A stretch of DNA of 64,000 nt. It comes from an uncultured delta proteobacterium. GTDB taxonomy: Bacteria > Desulfobacterota > Desulfobacteria > Desulfobacterales > SG8-13. Positions 1-9,973 of this stretch are shown one piece after another. Each line of letters opens with the position of its first letter. Position 1 is the stretch's first letter. A program made the position numbers and the translations under genes. Location: contig CAWKCK010000018.1 of NCBI GenBank assembly GCA_963848135.1, forward strand, positions 324,938-388,937. Reading direction: 5' to 3'. The notes below the pieces were generated by a model that saw only the letters and a program-made list of their open reading frames with translations, had not been told where the DNA came from and made no database searches.

Positions 1-1422
1 CCTCTTCCCCTCAAGAGCTGTATCAATCAATCGATCGACCACACCACTCGTGGGGTCCGTTATTCCCCCGAAACGACAGGTAAAATGAAAGGTGCAGCCT
101 TTTCCGGGATCACATTGCACCCACATCTCCCCCCCCATCAGTCGCACAAGTTGATCGGAAACAGCCAGGCCAAGACCGGCGCCTCCATATCGGCGCGAGG
201 TGGCGGCATCAGCCTGAGAAAAAGCCTTGAAAATGTCGCCCAGTTTGTTTTCGGGAATGCCGGGACCGGAGTCGGAAACCGAAATATGAAGCAAGTGATC
301 GGCCTGCGGGTCTGTTTCACGAACCATATAAACGACCACTTCACCCTTATCGGTAAACTTGTAGGCATTGTCCACCAAGTTGAGCAGAACCTGTCGAAAC
401 CTCGCAGGATCACCGTGGAGGATTTTGGGGACATTCTGGGCGATACGGCAAATCAGTTCCAATCCTTTCACCTGGCATCTCATGGCCATAATCCGTATCG
501 ATTCTTCGAGGATCTCCCGCGGGTCGAATGCCGTTTCTTCCAGATCCAGTTTACCGGCTTCAATTTTGGAAAAATCGAGAACATTGTTTATGATGGCCAA
601 CAGTGCATAGGCGGCCGATATAACAACATCTAGATCTTGCCGCTGTTGCGGCTTGAGATTCGTATCAAGCATCAACTCCACCATGCCAATGATGGAATTG
701 AGAGGAGTGCGGATCTCATGGCTCATTTTGGCTATGAAATCGCTTTTGGCGCGGTTGGCGGATTCAGCCGATATTTTGGCCCGCAGCAGTGCTTCGGCCT
801 TTTTGCGCTCGGTAACATCGCGCATGAATCCGCTGAATCCTGTTGTCTTTCCCTTGATGTCCAGTAGCAAGGACACGGAAGACTCAACAAAGCAACGGCT
901 GCCGTCTTTACGAATGAGTTCCCACCCCAATGACTTCACCGGTTTGCCGGTTTTGAATACTGTTCTAAAGGCGCGCAGAACTCTTTTCCGGCTCTCCGGG
1001 TCCAACGGAATCCGGCTGTCCATCACGGACAACTCCTGCCGGGTATAACCAACTATGTTGCTCATGGCATCGTTGAAAAAGACCAGTTTCCCAGATGTGT
1101 CCACTTCATAGTAACCATCTTCCGTGGTTTCGATAATCGTTCGGTATTTTTCCTCGCTTTCTCTCAATGCTTCTTCGGCAGCCTTGCGCTGGTTGATTGT
1201 GAATTGCGCATGCGATCCGAGAAGTAGTAGCAGAGCCAATATTGTCAGACGCGTCCAAATGACGCTGATGTCCGGGCCAAACAGCCGCCTAAAAAAATCA
1301 ACATCATAGGAAAGAAATATATAAAGCACCGAGTCGAAGATCGTGTAAAATACCGCCAGGGCGATGCCGATCAAGACCATCTGGTCCCATAGGTGAACTC
1401 TAATTTTTGGCTTGTCTATCAT
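1..1422 (-). CDS. Membrane PAS hybrid sensor histidine kinase (partial, runs off left edge)
   Basis: Not in the ORF track because there is no stop in the window. Manual translation from ATG 1422: 2 TM segments, PAS, H-box MSHEIRTPLNSIIG, N-box NLVDNAYKF, G2-box YGGAGLGL; ends ...LEGKR, probably the start of a receiver domain. Confidence 0.9.
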   Translation of the reverse strand, partial: MIDKPKIRVHLWDQMVLIGIALAVFYTIFDSVLYIFLSYDVDFFRRLFGPDISVIWTRLTILALLLLLGSHAQFTINQRKAAEEALRESEEKYRTIIETTEDGYYEVDTSGKLVFFNDAMSNIVGYTRQELSVMDSRIPLDPESRKRVLRAFRTVFKTGKPVKSLGWELIRKDGSRCFVESSVSLLLDIKGKTTGFSGFMRDVTERKKAEALLRAKISAESANRAKSDFIAKMSHEIRTPLNSIIGMVELMLDTNLKPQQRQDLDVVISAAYALLAIINNVLDFSKIEAGKLDLEETAFDPREILEESIRIMAMRCQVKGLELICRIAQNVPKILHGDPARFRQVLLNLVDNAYKFTDKGEVVVYMVRETDPQADHLLHISVSDSGPGIPENKLGDIFKAFSQADAATSRRYGGAGLGLAVSDQLVRLMGGEMWVQCDPGKGCTFHFTCRFGGITDPTSGVVDRLIDTALEGKR

Positions 1423-1731
1423 CTGGGGCCCAACGGTTGCAGCTCGCAAGGTTTTCATTGAGTGCCTGCCTGATGCGTTGGTTCGGCGTGCTGACAATTA
1501 TTTAAATAAAGGATATCAATTCGGCAAACCACGAGTTGCAGTGCTGCGATAATTGCCCCGGTGGCAATACGTATTTATTTGAGCGCACGGGGGATAATTG
1601 TTGAAACGGAAGGAAAGATCAGCGTATGCAGAACGCAAACTCATTCATGAGGGCGCACGAAGAATTACGGCATTCCATCAAAACACAAGGCCTGTATGAA
1701 TGAGGAAAGATGCCAGACCAGTCCTTACCCT

Positions 1732-1956
1732 TCATCCGCATTTGTAACGGGGGAATCTTCGACGGTCTTCACGGTCACGCCGGTCTTTTTTCGCTCTTCT
1801 TTCCGGAAGGTGAATGGAATATGAATAATTTCTGCGGTCGCCGCCGGACCGTCTGCCGCCGTTGTCCACCATCTTGAATTTTTCATATGGATTGGTGACA
1901 ACCTTTGAAACGCTGGCTACTGTTGACATTAGATGATCCTTTTCAAAACCGGTCAT
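1732..1956 (-). CDS. Small Arg-rich protein with repeated (D/E)RR motifs
   Basis: RRSGGDRR...ERRAKKDRRDREDRRR; real start may be ATG 1873 (MVDNGGRR). Confidence 0.6.
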   Translation of the reverse strand: MTGFEKDHLMSTVASVSKVVTNPYEKFKMVDNGGRRSGGDRRNYSYSIHLPERRAKKDRRDREDRRRFPRYKCG

Positions 1957-2391
1957 GTCATGGTCATCCTAAACAGTTCAAAATTAATGCAATTTGCCAA
2001 TTATCGGCGCCAACGATTGTATCTGTTGCCAATTTCTCATTAAAAGGTCAACTAAAATCGATACACCTCGCAGTCGCCACACAAGATTAAATGTGTAGTG
2101 CACATAATATGCCAGTTGCCCCCAATATTTACGTCCGGAAACCGGTTGCAGGCCAAATTATAAAAACCCCATAATTACAGAAACTTGACCGAAAACCGCC
2201 TGTGATCAACAATGGTTGACCGTACTTAAATTTTGGTATTGTATGAAAATCAGGTTTGAGGAAAAAGAAGCGTATTACATATTTCGAGGTTTACCCAATA
2301 TCCGCGCCTTATTGGAATCCACCCGGATGTTTCATCCGGCAGAGACGCCCGATGACCAGCGCTGAAAAGACCATTTAGGTTTGGGCACAAA

Positions 2392-3444
2392 TTAAAATTC
2401 TTGATCGAGATTGGCACCATTCGGCGGTTCGATCTCTAAGTCTTTAATTTTGTATAGTAAGGTCTTGTAACTGATCTTTAAAATCTTGGTCGCTTTGCTG
2501 CGGTTCCAGCCCGTCTTATTCAGGACAAACGCTATAACCTCTCTTTCAACCCGGTCGAGAACTCTTTTTCTAACCTTTTTAAGTGACAAAGAATTTAGAT
2601 TGTCATCGTTATTACTATCGAGGTTCAAAATTTCGCTGTGAACCAGAGGTTCTAAATTTCCTGGACTGCCGTTGGCCGGAAATCCATGTCCTTCAGAAGT
2701 CTGCAGAAGATCTGCGAGGCTCTCTTCCGAGTCCCCTAAAATCATAATTCTTTTCAGAACGTTTTGCAGTTCTCGAACGTTTCCGGGCCATGAATAGGCG
2801 AGCAGCTTTTTCATCACGCCACTGCTTGGTTTTTTAATTTGCTTGTTTTTAAACTGTAAACTGTATTCCTCGAGATAATGGTCGATTAGAAGCGGAAGGT
2901 CTTCAGACCTTTCCCGCAGCGGGTTTATCGATATCTTAATCGTGCTGAGCCGATAAAAAAGATCGCCGCGGAACTTCCCGTTTTTCATATCACTTTCAAG
3001 CTCGTGATTGGTTGCGGCGATGACCCAGGTATCACTTTTGACATCTTTCTCCGAACCCAGGGGCGAAAATTGACCGCCCTGAAGAACATGAAGCACTTTG
3101 GACTGCAAAGGCAGCGACATGTCACCGATTTCATCCAGAAAAAGCACGCCGCCATGCGCCAATTCAAACTTACCCCGCCTTCGGCGTTGGGCACCGGTAA
3201 AAGCACCCTGCTCGTAACCGAACAACTCGCTCTCTAACAGTCCGTCCGGCAGGGCCGCGCAATTGACCTTTATAAACGGTTTACCCATCCTGTCGGAGCG
3301 TTCGTAAAGATTTTGTACAACCAATTCCTTGCCGACACCCGTTTCGCCGCAAACGAGGGTATTCAAGCCGGTATCGGCCACCTGGTTTATCAGTTCTTTG
3401 ATCCGTTCGATATTTGGACTGACTCCGATTATTTCAGTACCCAT
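2392..3444 (-). CDS. Sigma-54-dependent Fis-family activator (bEBP) without N-terminal sensory domain
   Basis: Walker A GETGVGKE, GAFTGA loop, LFLDEIGD, WPGNVRELQN, C-terminal HTH. Start put at ATG 3444 after GGGAG; the ORF track extends to TTG 3513. Confidence 0.92.
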   Translation of the reverse strand: MGTEIIGVSPNIERIKELINQVADTGLNTLVCGETGVGKELVVQNLYERSDRMGKPFIKVNCAALPDGLLESELFGYEQGAFTGAQRRRRGKFELAHGGVLFLDEIGDMSLPLQSKVLHVLQGGQFSPLGSEKDVKSDTWVIAATNHELESDMKNGKFRGDLFYRLSTIKISINPLRERSEDLPLLIDHYLEEYSLQFKNKQIKKPSSGVMKKLLAYSWPGNVRELQNVLKRIMILGDSEESLADLLQTSEGHGFPANGSPGNLEPLVHSEILNLDSNNDDNLNSLSLKKVRKRVLDRVEREVIAFVLNKTGWNRSKATKILKISYKTLLYKIKDLEIEPPNGANLDQEF

Positions 3445-3509
3445 GCTCTCCCAATCAACTCGTGTATGTGCGTACGGCCGCCCGAAAAAAAACACCTCAT
3501 CGGCGGTTT

Positions 3510-3899
3510 TCAACTCTTGCTCGTATTCCGTTTCACCAGCAACGTTGTAATGGATTGCTCAAGTTCTTCCAGGTCAAAGGGCTTCTCAAGCACCAGGTCC
3601 GCATTGGCTTCTATCGCCAACGCTTCCGGATGTTCACCCCAGCCGGTAATCGCAACGACCGGCGTTCCGGGGAACTCTTTTTTTAGTATGGATATGACGC
3701 CGACCCCGCTGACATACGGCATGACAAGGTCCGTGATGACGAGGTCAAATCCGCCTTTTTCGGCCTTTAGTAACTTGATGCCTTCCAGACCGTCTGTGGC
3801 AGTAACGACATCAAAGTTCTTTTTTTTCAGATACTTATCGAGCGCGATCAAGATTTCCTGACTGTCATCGATTACAAGTAATTTGTATGTCCGGTCCAT
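3510..3899 (-). CDS. Single-domain response regulator (REC)
   Basis: LLVIDD, DLVITDLVMP, AITG, KPF motifs; 129 aa. Confidence 0.93.
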   Translation of the reverse strand: MDRTYKLLVIDDSQEILIALDKYLKKKNFDVVTATDGLEGIKLLKAEKGGFDLVITDLVMPYVSGVGVISILKKEFPGTPVVAITGWGEHPEALAIEANADLVLEKPFDLEELEQSITTLLVKRNTSKS

Positions 3900-4057
3900 T
3901 AATCGTCATCCTAAACGTTGCGGGTTATCCTCGATTAAGGTGTGTAATGATATCCACTTACACATAGTATGTAAAATAGGTTACAGTGTATTATAACAGA
4001 TGATTTGAAAAATATACAATCGGAATTTATTATCAGGTCCAGCGATACGGAATAAAG

Positions 4058-4216
4058 GTAAGCATTCACAGGTCACCGCATCTGCTTTGTTGTCGGACAC
4101 TTGAAGTACAAAAGTACGCCTGCGCGCCCGACGCCTTGCATCTGCGTCACCCTGTAAATGCTTACGAATAGGTGGCTTGAGGCACATTGTGACGTTGCAA
4201 CCTTGTGAACGGCTAC
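4058..4216 (+). repeat. Dispersed ~158-bp palindromic repeat, family A copy 1 (MITE/REP-like)
   Basis: GTAAGCATTCACAGG...CCTGTAAATGCTTAC 108-bp imperfect inverted repeat plus a ~50-bp tail ending TGTGAACGGCTAC; near-identical copies at 28870, 39283 and 51518. Confidence 0.92.
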
Positions 4217-4294
4217 GAATAAAGAGTGTGCATCCGCTAAAATGTGATGCCACAATTAGGGAGGAATATCCATGAAATCGTCAGAATTGCATTT

Positions 4295-5194
4295 CTACGG
4301 CGGCGTTTCAGCGGATATTACCAATTGGAGATTGTGGTGGATTTCGGTCAAGTCATTTGTTTCACCCAAATGGTCAATGACCCATTCCGGTGATCGATCA
4401 TATTGCTGGGCCAGTGATTTGACGGCTTCGTCAAGCGTGCGGTACTTGGAATCGGCAGCAACCCAATATTTGTAAGTTCTGCGAGGATCATAGAAAAGAA
4501 TCCCTGCCGTATCTTCCGTAACCTTTGTTTCGGCCTCCGTTTGCTCTACTGTGCGGTTAAGATTGATGTAAATCTGCCCCAAGTCATTGGTATTTCCCAG
4601 GTTCTGACCGACCCAGTAAGGGTCCTTGTCAAATTTGGCCGCCAGATCGTCAATCGCCTCATTGAAGGTGTGAAATTTCGTGTCAGGCCCTGTCTGGTAT
4701 TTAAAATCTCGCCTGGCACTATAAAACTGGATTCCTGTTACAGATTCCACCAGTGACCTATCGATATCAATATCAGTTGATGCATCGGATAGGCTGTTTG
4801 CCGGACCCGCACTGTCGCCCGAAACCGCGGTCGCGCTCTTTTCGATAGCGGGTGCATTTAGATTATTTTTGATTGCCGGTGCGATTTCGGCCGTCTTCTC
4901 GTCGCTATCAGGCCCATTCCCATCTGCCGCGCCCTGATTGCTCTCAGCCTCCTGGTGTCCCCGATCAATCCGTTCGACGATCTCCTTGGAATAGGTAATG
5001 ACAATCCCCTCATAATTCGGAAGGGTAAATCGCACCAAGCCATTATCTTCCCAGACCTTTTGAGCCTCTACCTGGGTACCGTCCTTTAGAAAAATCAGGT
5101 CCGCTCCGCCCTTCTCCGGAAGCATCAGAAGCATCAGAAAGAGAGCAATTGGTAACCTTTTGAAGAAACACATACGGTAAACTCGATGACTCAT
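4295..5194 (-). CDS. Putative secreted protein with two ~59-aa internal repeats
   Basis: Signal-peptide-like N-terminus, low-complexity linker, duplicated GIxFYxxRRxxKY...LGxTNDLxxIxxNL unit. Confidence 0.75.
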   Translation of the reverse strand: MSHRVYRMCFFKRLPIALFLMLLMLPEKGGADLIFLKDGTQVEAQKVWEDNGLVRFTLPNYEGIVITYSKEIVERIDRGHQEAESNQGAADGNGPDSDEKTAEIAPAIKNNLNAPAIEKSATAVSGDSAGPANSLSDASTDIDIDRSLVESVTGIQFYSARRDFKYQTGPDTKFHTFNEAIDDLAAKFDKDPYWVGQNLGNTNDLGQIYINLNRTVEQTEAETKVTEDTAGILFYDPRRTYKYWVAADSKYRTLDEAVKSLAQQYDRSPEWVIDHLGETNDLTEIHHNLQLVISAETPP

Positions 5195-5223
5195 TCGATT
5201 GGGACCGACGATTTGAAACCCGG

Positions 5224-6789
5224 TTATTGTCCTGATTGTCTATTGAATTCAATTTCGACGCGACGGTTGAAACTTCGGCCTTCAGCGGTATCGTTGGAGG
5301 AAATCGGATTTTCAGGGCCCATACCGGTTGCGGAAATTCTGGTTGGATCGACACCTTTGCCAACCAAATAACTTTTAATAATGTTGGCGCGAAACTCGGA
5401 AACGCTCATGTTATAGCTCAGCACACCAAGGTTGTCTGTGTAACCCTTGACGACAACGGATATATCCGGGTTGGCCAGCAGTGCGGCTGCAAACCGGTCC
5501 AGCGATACAAAGGCCTCATCCGGCAATTCATTCGAGTTGCTGCCGAATCGAATCACGACCTTCTTTATCTTTGAAAGATTGAAAATGGTATCTTGGGTCT
5601 TTACGGTGGTGTTGTTTGCAACGCTGCCAATTTCATTGGCCTCTGTCGATCGAACAGCGTCGCCTGGTTTGTTTTGCATGTCTTTGGGTTCGGTGCTTTC
5701 CACCGAAGGCTGGCTCCCAGGATCAAGCTGTTCGGGTTTTGGCGCAGTGACGACCGGCGTCCGCTGGGGCGCGAGTTCATCTGGTGACCATGGTGCACTT
5801 GTTTCCTGTTCACCGGTGAACATGAAGTATCCAGCGGTTCCAATGGCTGCAGCGATGAGGACTGCCACCATAAACGAAGATACCGAGGACTGCCTTACCG
5901 GTGGCTTCTGTACCGTTGCTGGTGCCGCAACCGGCACCGTGGGTATAATCGGTACTTGTACATTCACAGGCAGGGTAGGATTTTCATTGGGAAGCCTTAT
6001 TTCTTCAGCACATTCTTTGATCGTGTCGGCGTCGATAATTTTGCGTTCGGCCGCGTATCCGCTAAGTAAGGCATGATCACAAATAATATTGGTCAGACGC
6101 GGGTTACCACCTGTAAAGGCAAAGATCTCTTTTATGGCCGGCGCTGCAAAAACCTTATGCGTACCCCCAGCCACCTTAAGTCGATGCAAAATATATTGAG
6201 TCGTCTCTTCCTCATTAAGGGGTTCAACCTGATAGCGGACGGCAATGCGCTGGCGCACGGCTCTGTTTCGGGGCTCCAGCAGGATATGATTGAATTCGGT
6301 CTGGCCGACAAAAAAAATGTTGATCAGCTTCCGGTTTTCCATTTCTATGTTAGAGAGGAGCCGGATTTCTTCCAACAAATTGTGATTCAACCGTTGGGCC
6401 TCATCAACCAGAAGCAATACCTTTCTCTTGGTGGCTTCGGCCTTGATAAGAAACTTTTTGAGCAGCGCCAGGAATTCACCTTTGCTCTTTATCGCCCGGC
6501 CGAATCCAAAAGTGGCGGCGAGAAAGTTGAAAAAATCGAGCAAGTCGAGTCCCGGATCCGGTACGGTGGAGATAATCGACTTTAGTTCTATGTTTCTCAC
6601 CAGGCTGTTGATCAAAACGGTTTTACCCGTACCGACATCGCCGGTAAGTAAAAGAAACCCTTTGTCCTCCCGGATTCCGTATTCCAGAGTCGCCAGGGCT
6701 TCTTTGTGTTTTTCACCGAGCCATAAAAAATCGGGGTCGACCGTGATTTCAAAAGGCTTCCGCTTCAGATTGTAGAATGAAAGATACAT
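5224..6789 (-). CDS. ExeA/GspA-family AAA ATPase with TM and C-terminal OmpA-like peptidoglycan-binding domain
   Basis: MYLSFYNLKRKPF start, GDVGTGKT, LLVDEAQ, GGNPRLTNIICD, TM; OmpA motifs GYTDNLG...N..VSEFRA...NRRVEI. Confidence 0.9.
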   Translation of the reverse strand: MYLSFYNLKRKPFEITVDPDFLWLGEKHKEALATLEYGIREDKGFLLLTGDVGTGKTVLINSLVRNIELKSIISTVPDPGLDLLDFFNFLAATFGFGRAIKSKGEFLALLKKFLIKAEATKRKVLLLVDEAQRLNHNLLEEIRLLSNIEMENRKLINIFFVGQTEFNHILLEPRNRAVRQRIAVRYQVEPLNEEETTQYILHRLKVAGGTHKVFAAPAIKEIFAFTGGNPRLTNIICDHALLSGYAAERKIIDADTIKECAEEIRLPNENPTLPVNVQVPIIPTVPVAAPATVQKPPVRQSSVSSFMVAVLIAAAIGTAGYFMFTGEQETSAPWSPDELAPQRTPVVTAPKPEQLDPGSQPSVESTEPKDMQNKPGDAVRSTEANEIGSVANNTTVKTQDTIFNLSKIKKVVIRFGSNSNELPDEAFVSLDRFAAALLANPDISVVVKGYTDNLGVLSYNMSVSEFRANIIKSYLVGKGVDPTRISATGMGPENPISSNDTAEGRSFNRRVEIEFNRQSGQ

Positions 6790-6952
6790 AAGACGATTCT
6801 CTGTATTTTTATTAAAAAATTCAAGGATCTTCCCTTGGAGCCATAGCATTAAGAGTGGCTAAAAACAAGAATAATGCGGGGAGCATCTATTTGCTGAAGT
6901 TTCCAAGGGATTATCCAAATTCTATCTTCAATATTGGATATCTCGTTCATCC

Positions 6953-7534
6953 CTACCCGTGTCTTTTGATTAATCCCCTGCTGTAGTAAATATACACCAC
7001 GATCCATAGCAGAAAGAAAAAAACGATGTAGGCTGTCCGTTGTCTCAGCAGGATTTTTTGCTTTTTAGCCACCAAATTGGCCGAATTTTTTAGCTCCCTT
7101 TTGACGATTTCAAGCTCATTGAAAAGTGATTTCAAATCTGAAAGGTCTGAATACGATACCAACTGTTGCGCCTTATGCTCGAAGTCGCGCACATTGAAGG
7201 CGTCGAACATGATCTTCTGTTTTTCAGTCAGGTAAGAGATATCATGAATTTCTTTGGCCAGTTCCGCACAGAAAAATTTTCTGTAGGGGTTAATTTCCGG
7301 CACTTCGCCCAGTTCCTTAAGCCGACTGTCGATTCCCGTTTCCAGTTCTGTGTTAATCTCTGCGTACATATTTTCCAGTTCTTTGATCATTTCGGTATTT
7401 TTTTTCAAGTCGGTTCCGCCCAACGCTGAGATGAAGAATATCAGGAATCCAGCGGTCAGACCGCTGAGAATGATTTTAAATATGACAATAAAATCTCTCT
7501 TCAGCGCGGAAAACTTGTCCTTGAAAAAAGCCAT
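6953..7534 (-). CDS. Hypothetical membrane protein (TM, helical/coiled-coil region, TM)
   Basis: Hydrophobic segments at both ends; AAGGA upstream of ATG 7534 (ORF track start 7597). Confidence 0.7.
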   Translation of the reverse strand: MAFFKDKFSALKRDFIVIFKIILSGLTAGFLIFFISALGGTDLKKNTEMIKELENMYAEINTELETGIDSRLKELGEVPEINPYRKFFCAELAKEIHDISYLTEKQKIMFDAFNVRDFEHKAQQLVSYSDLSDLKSLFNELEIVKRELKNSANLVAKKQKILLRQRTAYIVFFFLLWIVVYIYYSRGLIKRHG

Positions 7535-7755
7535 GGCATCATTCCTTTCATCAACCGAGCAATGGAGCAGAAAGTGTCTCCGTACCAGGTAAGCCATTTA
7601 AATTACATATAATACAAGTTTTGAATTGTATATGATTTTCCAGCACCTGTCAACAGATCAAGGACGCCGGCGGTGGAGTGTACCGATAGCCCATACTCTG
7701 ACTGCCGCATCTGCATGTGGTCACCCATTAATTCCTGAATGATCTCAAGGAATTT

Positions 7756-9750
7756 TCAGGATAAATAGGTTGTATCCAGGACTTCCCGAATTTTTTGGGA
7801 AAGCGCCACCGTATCGAAGGGCTTTTGAATAAAGCCTCCGCATCCTCTGTCCATGATTTCCTGGGCTTGGCCCTTGATGCTATATCCGCTGGCCAATAGC
7901 ACCTGTACGTCAGGGTCGGTTTTTTTCATCCGGTCAAACACTTCTTTCCCGCTCATGTATGGCATAATCATATCCAGTATGACCAGATCAATAGAATCGT
8001 GTTCCTTGTTGAATATGGAAATGGCCTCTTTGCCGCCTCTGGCTGTCAAGACTTCATAGCCAAGGCTATCCAGCATCTTTTTGGTAACCTCGATAATCAA
8101 CTTCTCATCGTCTACAAGCAGGATGGTCTCACTGCCCTTGAGGGATTCCTGGATCGGATTCGAAATCTCGTCCCTCCCCTTGGCGTATGCTGGCAGATAG
8201 ACGTTGAAAGTCGTTCCGATGCCGACGGCGCTGTAACAGGTAATAATTCCACCATGGTTCTTAACGATTCCGTAGGCAGAGGCCAATCCGAGGCCGGTTC
8301 CCTGCCCGATGGCCTTGGTCGTGAAAAAAGGTTCGAAAATCCGTTGTTGCACGCTCTCATCCATTCCGAGGCCGGTATCAGTGATCGATATTTTGACATA
8401 CCGTCCCGGTTTGACATCGAAGGGCTTGGCAAAGATATAGGCCTTATCGAGATGGACATTATCGGTTTCAAGATGCAGATCACCGCCGTCAGGCATGGCC
8501 TGCCACGCGTTGACATAGAGATTTAACAACACCTGTTCTATCTGGCCGATATCGACATTGACGATCCATATATCTTTTCGGTATCGCCGGTGAATTTTTA
8601 TCTCCCTGCGGGTACGGCCGAAAATATGTGCCGTCCGGTTCAGCACCTCGTTCATATAGGTCGGTTTTACCACGTACTTACCGCCCCTGGCGAAACCGAG
8701 GAGCTGTTTGGTTAGATTGGACCCGCTTTTGACGCAGCGCTGGATACTCTTGATGTTTTCATGCAAGGGGTTCTCAGGGGGTATATCCAGAATCATGACC
8801 GATGCATTCCCCTGAATGCCCATCAACAAATTATTGAAGTCATGAGCGATACCACCGGCAAGGGTCCCGATAGACTCCATCCGCTGGGCCTGGTGAAGCT
8901 GAACTTCCAGAGCTTTCTGGTCCGTAATGTCTCGCAGAAAATTAAGCGCGGCAATTTTCTTCTCCCAGTTAATCAATACAGCATTGATTTCGACCCAATG
9001 TTCCCCTCCGGTGCTATCGACCAATTTGAACGTATACGTACCAGGGGTATCGCCACCTTTCAAACAGCGTTTGTACCATCGCAGAACCGCATCCTTGTCA
9101 TCCGGGTGGATAAAATCGAAAAACGGCTGCCGGCTGATATCAATCTTCATCTCACTGCTCAACAGCCGTGCTTTCGGATTGGGGAATGTCACCTGACCGT
9201 CCTGAATGACAAAAATGGCATCGTTGGAATTCTCGACCAGAAGGCGGTACTTTTCTTCCGACTCCCGCAATGCCCGCTCCGAGCGTTTGCGCTCGCTTAT
9301 TTCTTCTCTCAGTGTATCGTTGGCCACCACAAGCGCAGCCGTACGCTCTTCTACCAGCTCCTCAAGGTGGCTGCGGTATTGGTCGAGTTCTTCTTCTTTT
9401 TTCTTGAGATTGTTAATCGTGTATTGAGCATGGGAGCCAAAGATGACGAACAGGCAAAGGATGATTATTCGAATGTAGATTTCATACCGGTCCTCGCCGA
9501 TAGCATTTGTGATCAGATTGAACCGGTCGGAGTAAAAGACATGCAGTATCGTATCAAGGGCGAAATAGATGATAGCGATGAATATCCCGACCAGCACCAT
9601 CGAGTTGAATATTTTCTCCGTTCGGACGTCTTTTCGACTTTGCTCATTATCACTACGCTCGTGCCGATCGGCTCGGCTGCCGCGGCTGATAAGCTTAGGC
9701 ATGGTCACTGTAAATGTCATGTTTTTTCCTATCGGCGATTTCGTCCGCAT
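7756..9750 (-). CDS. PAS hybrid sensor histidine kinase/response regulator
   Basis: 2 TM, PAS, H-box AGGIAHDFNN, FFTTK, GTGLGL, C-terminal REC (ILLVDDE, DMIMP, KPF). True start may be further downstream. Confidence 0.93.
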   Translation of the reverse strand: MRTKSPIGKNMTFTVTMPKLISRGSRADRHERSDNEQSRKDVRTEKIFNSMVLVGIFIAIIYFALDTILHVFYSDRFNLITNAIGEDRYEIYIRIIILCLFVIFGSHAQYTINNLKKKEEELDQYRSHLEELVEERTAALVVANDTLREEISERKRSERALRESEEKYRLLVENSNDAIFVIQDGQVTFPNPKARLLSSEMKIDISRQPFFDFIHPDDKDAVLRWYKRCLKGGDTPGTYTFKLVDSTGGEHWVEINAVLINWEKKIAALNFLRDITDQKALEVQLHQAQRMESIGTLAGGIAHDFNNLLMGIQGNASVMILDIPPENPLHENIKSIQRCVKSGSNLTKQLLGFARGGKYVVKPTYMNEVLNRTAHIFGRTRREIKIHRRYRKDIWIVNVDIGQIEQVLLNLYVNAWQAMPDGGDLHLETDNVHLDKAYIFAKPFDVKPGRYVKISITDTGLGMDESVQQRIFEPFFTTKAIGQGTGLGLASAYGIVKNHGGIITCYSAVGIGTTFNVYLPAYAKGRDEISNPIQESLKGSETILLVDDEKLIIEVTKKMLDSLGYEVLTARGGKEAISIFNKEHDSIDLVILDMIMPYMSGKEVFDRMKKTDPDVQVLLASGYSIKGQAQEIMDRGCGGFIQKPFDTVALSQKIREVLDTTYLS

Positions 9751-9973
9751 CCTTCAGGTGTCGCATGCGCCCATTTTGCATGACGAACACCTGGTTTGTT
9801 ATGAATAACACCATTTCAAGATATTTATAAAGGCCCAAGGTGGTCTTGTGAGCCTGACCATAATGCAAGTATCTTATTAAATATACCGCCATTTTTCGTT
9901 CGCCAGCGCCGGATTCAGTCCGACCCTGGATTTCTGCAATCATCTCTACACGCTACACCTTAAAATATTTACG

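Noticed and set aside
85..1309. Plus-strand ORFs at the left edge
   Set aside because: Antisense shadows of the minus-strand histidine kinase 1-1422.
1985..2012. Possible minus-strand sigma-54 promoter for the small DRR gene (TTGGC...TTGCA)
   Set aside because: GG-to-GC spacing is not the required 10 nt.
3981..4255. Short ORFs with recurring peptides (HLQGDADARRRARR, QMQGVGRA), also at 28274-29011, 39276-39659 and 51444-51816
   Set aside because: They are translations of the family A repeat, with inconsistent starts and stops between copies.
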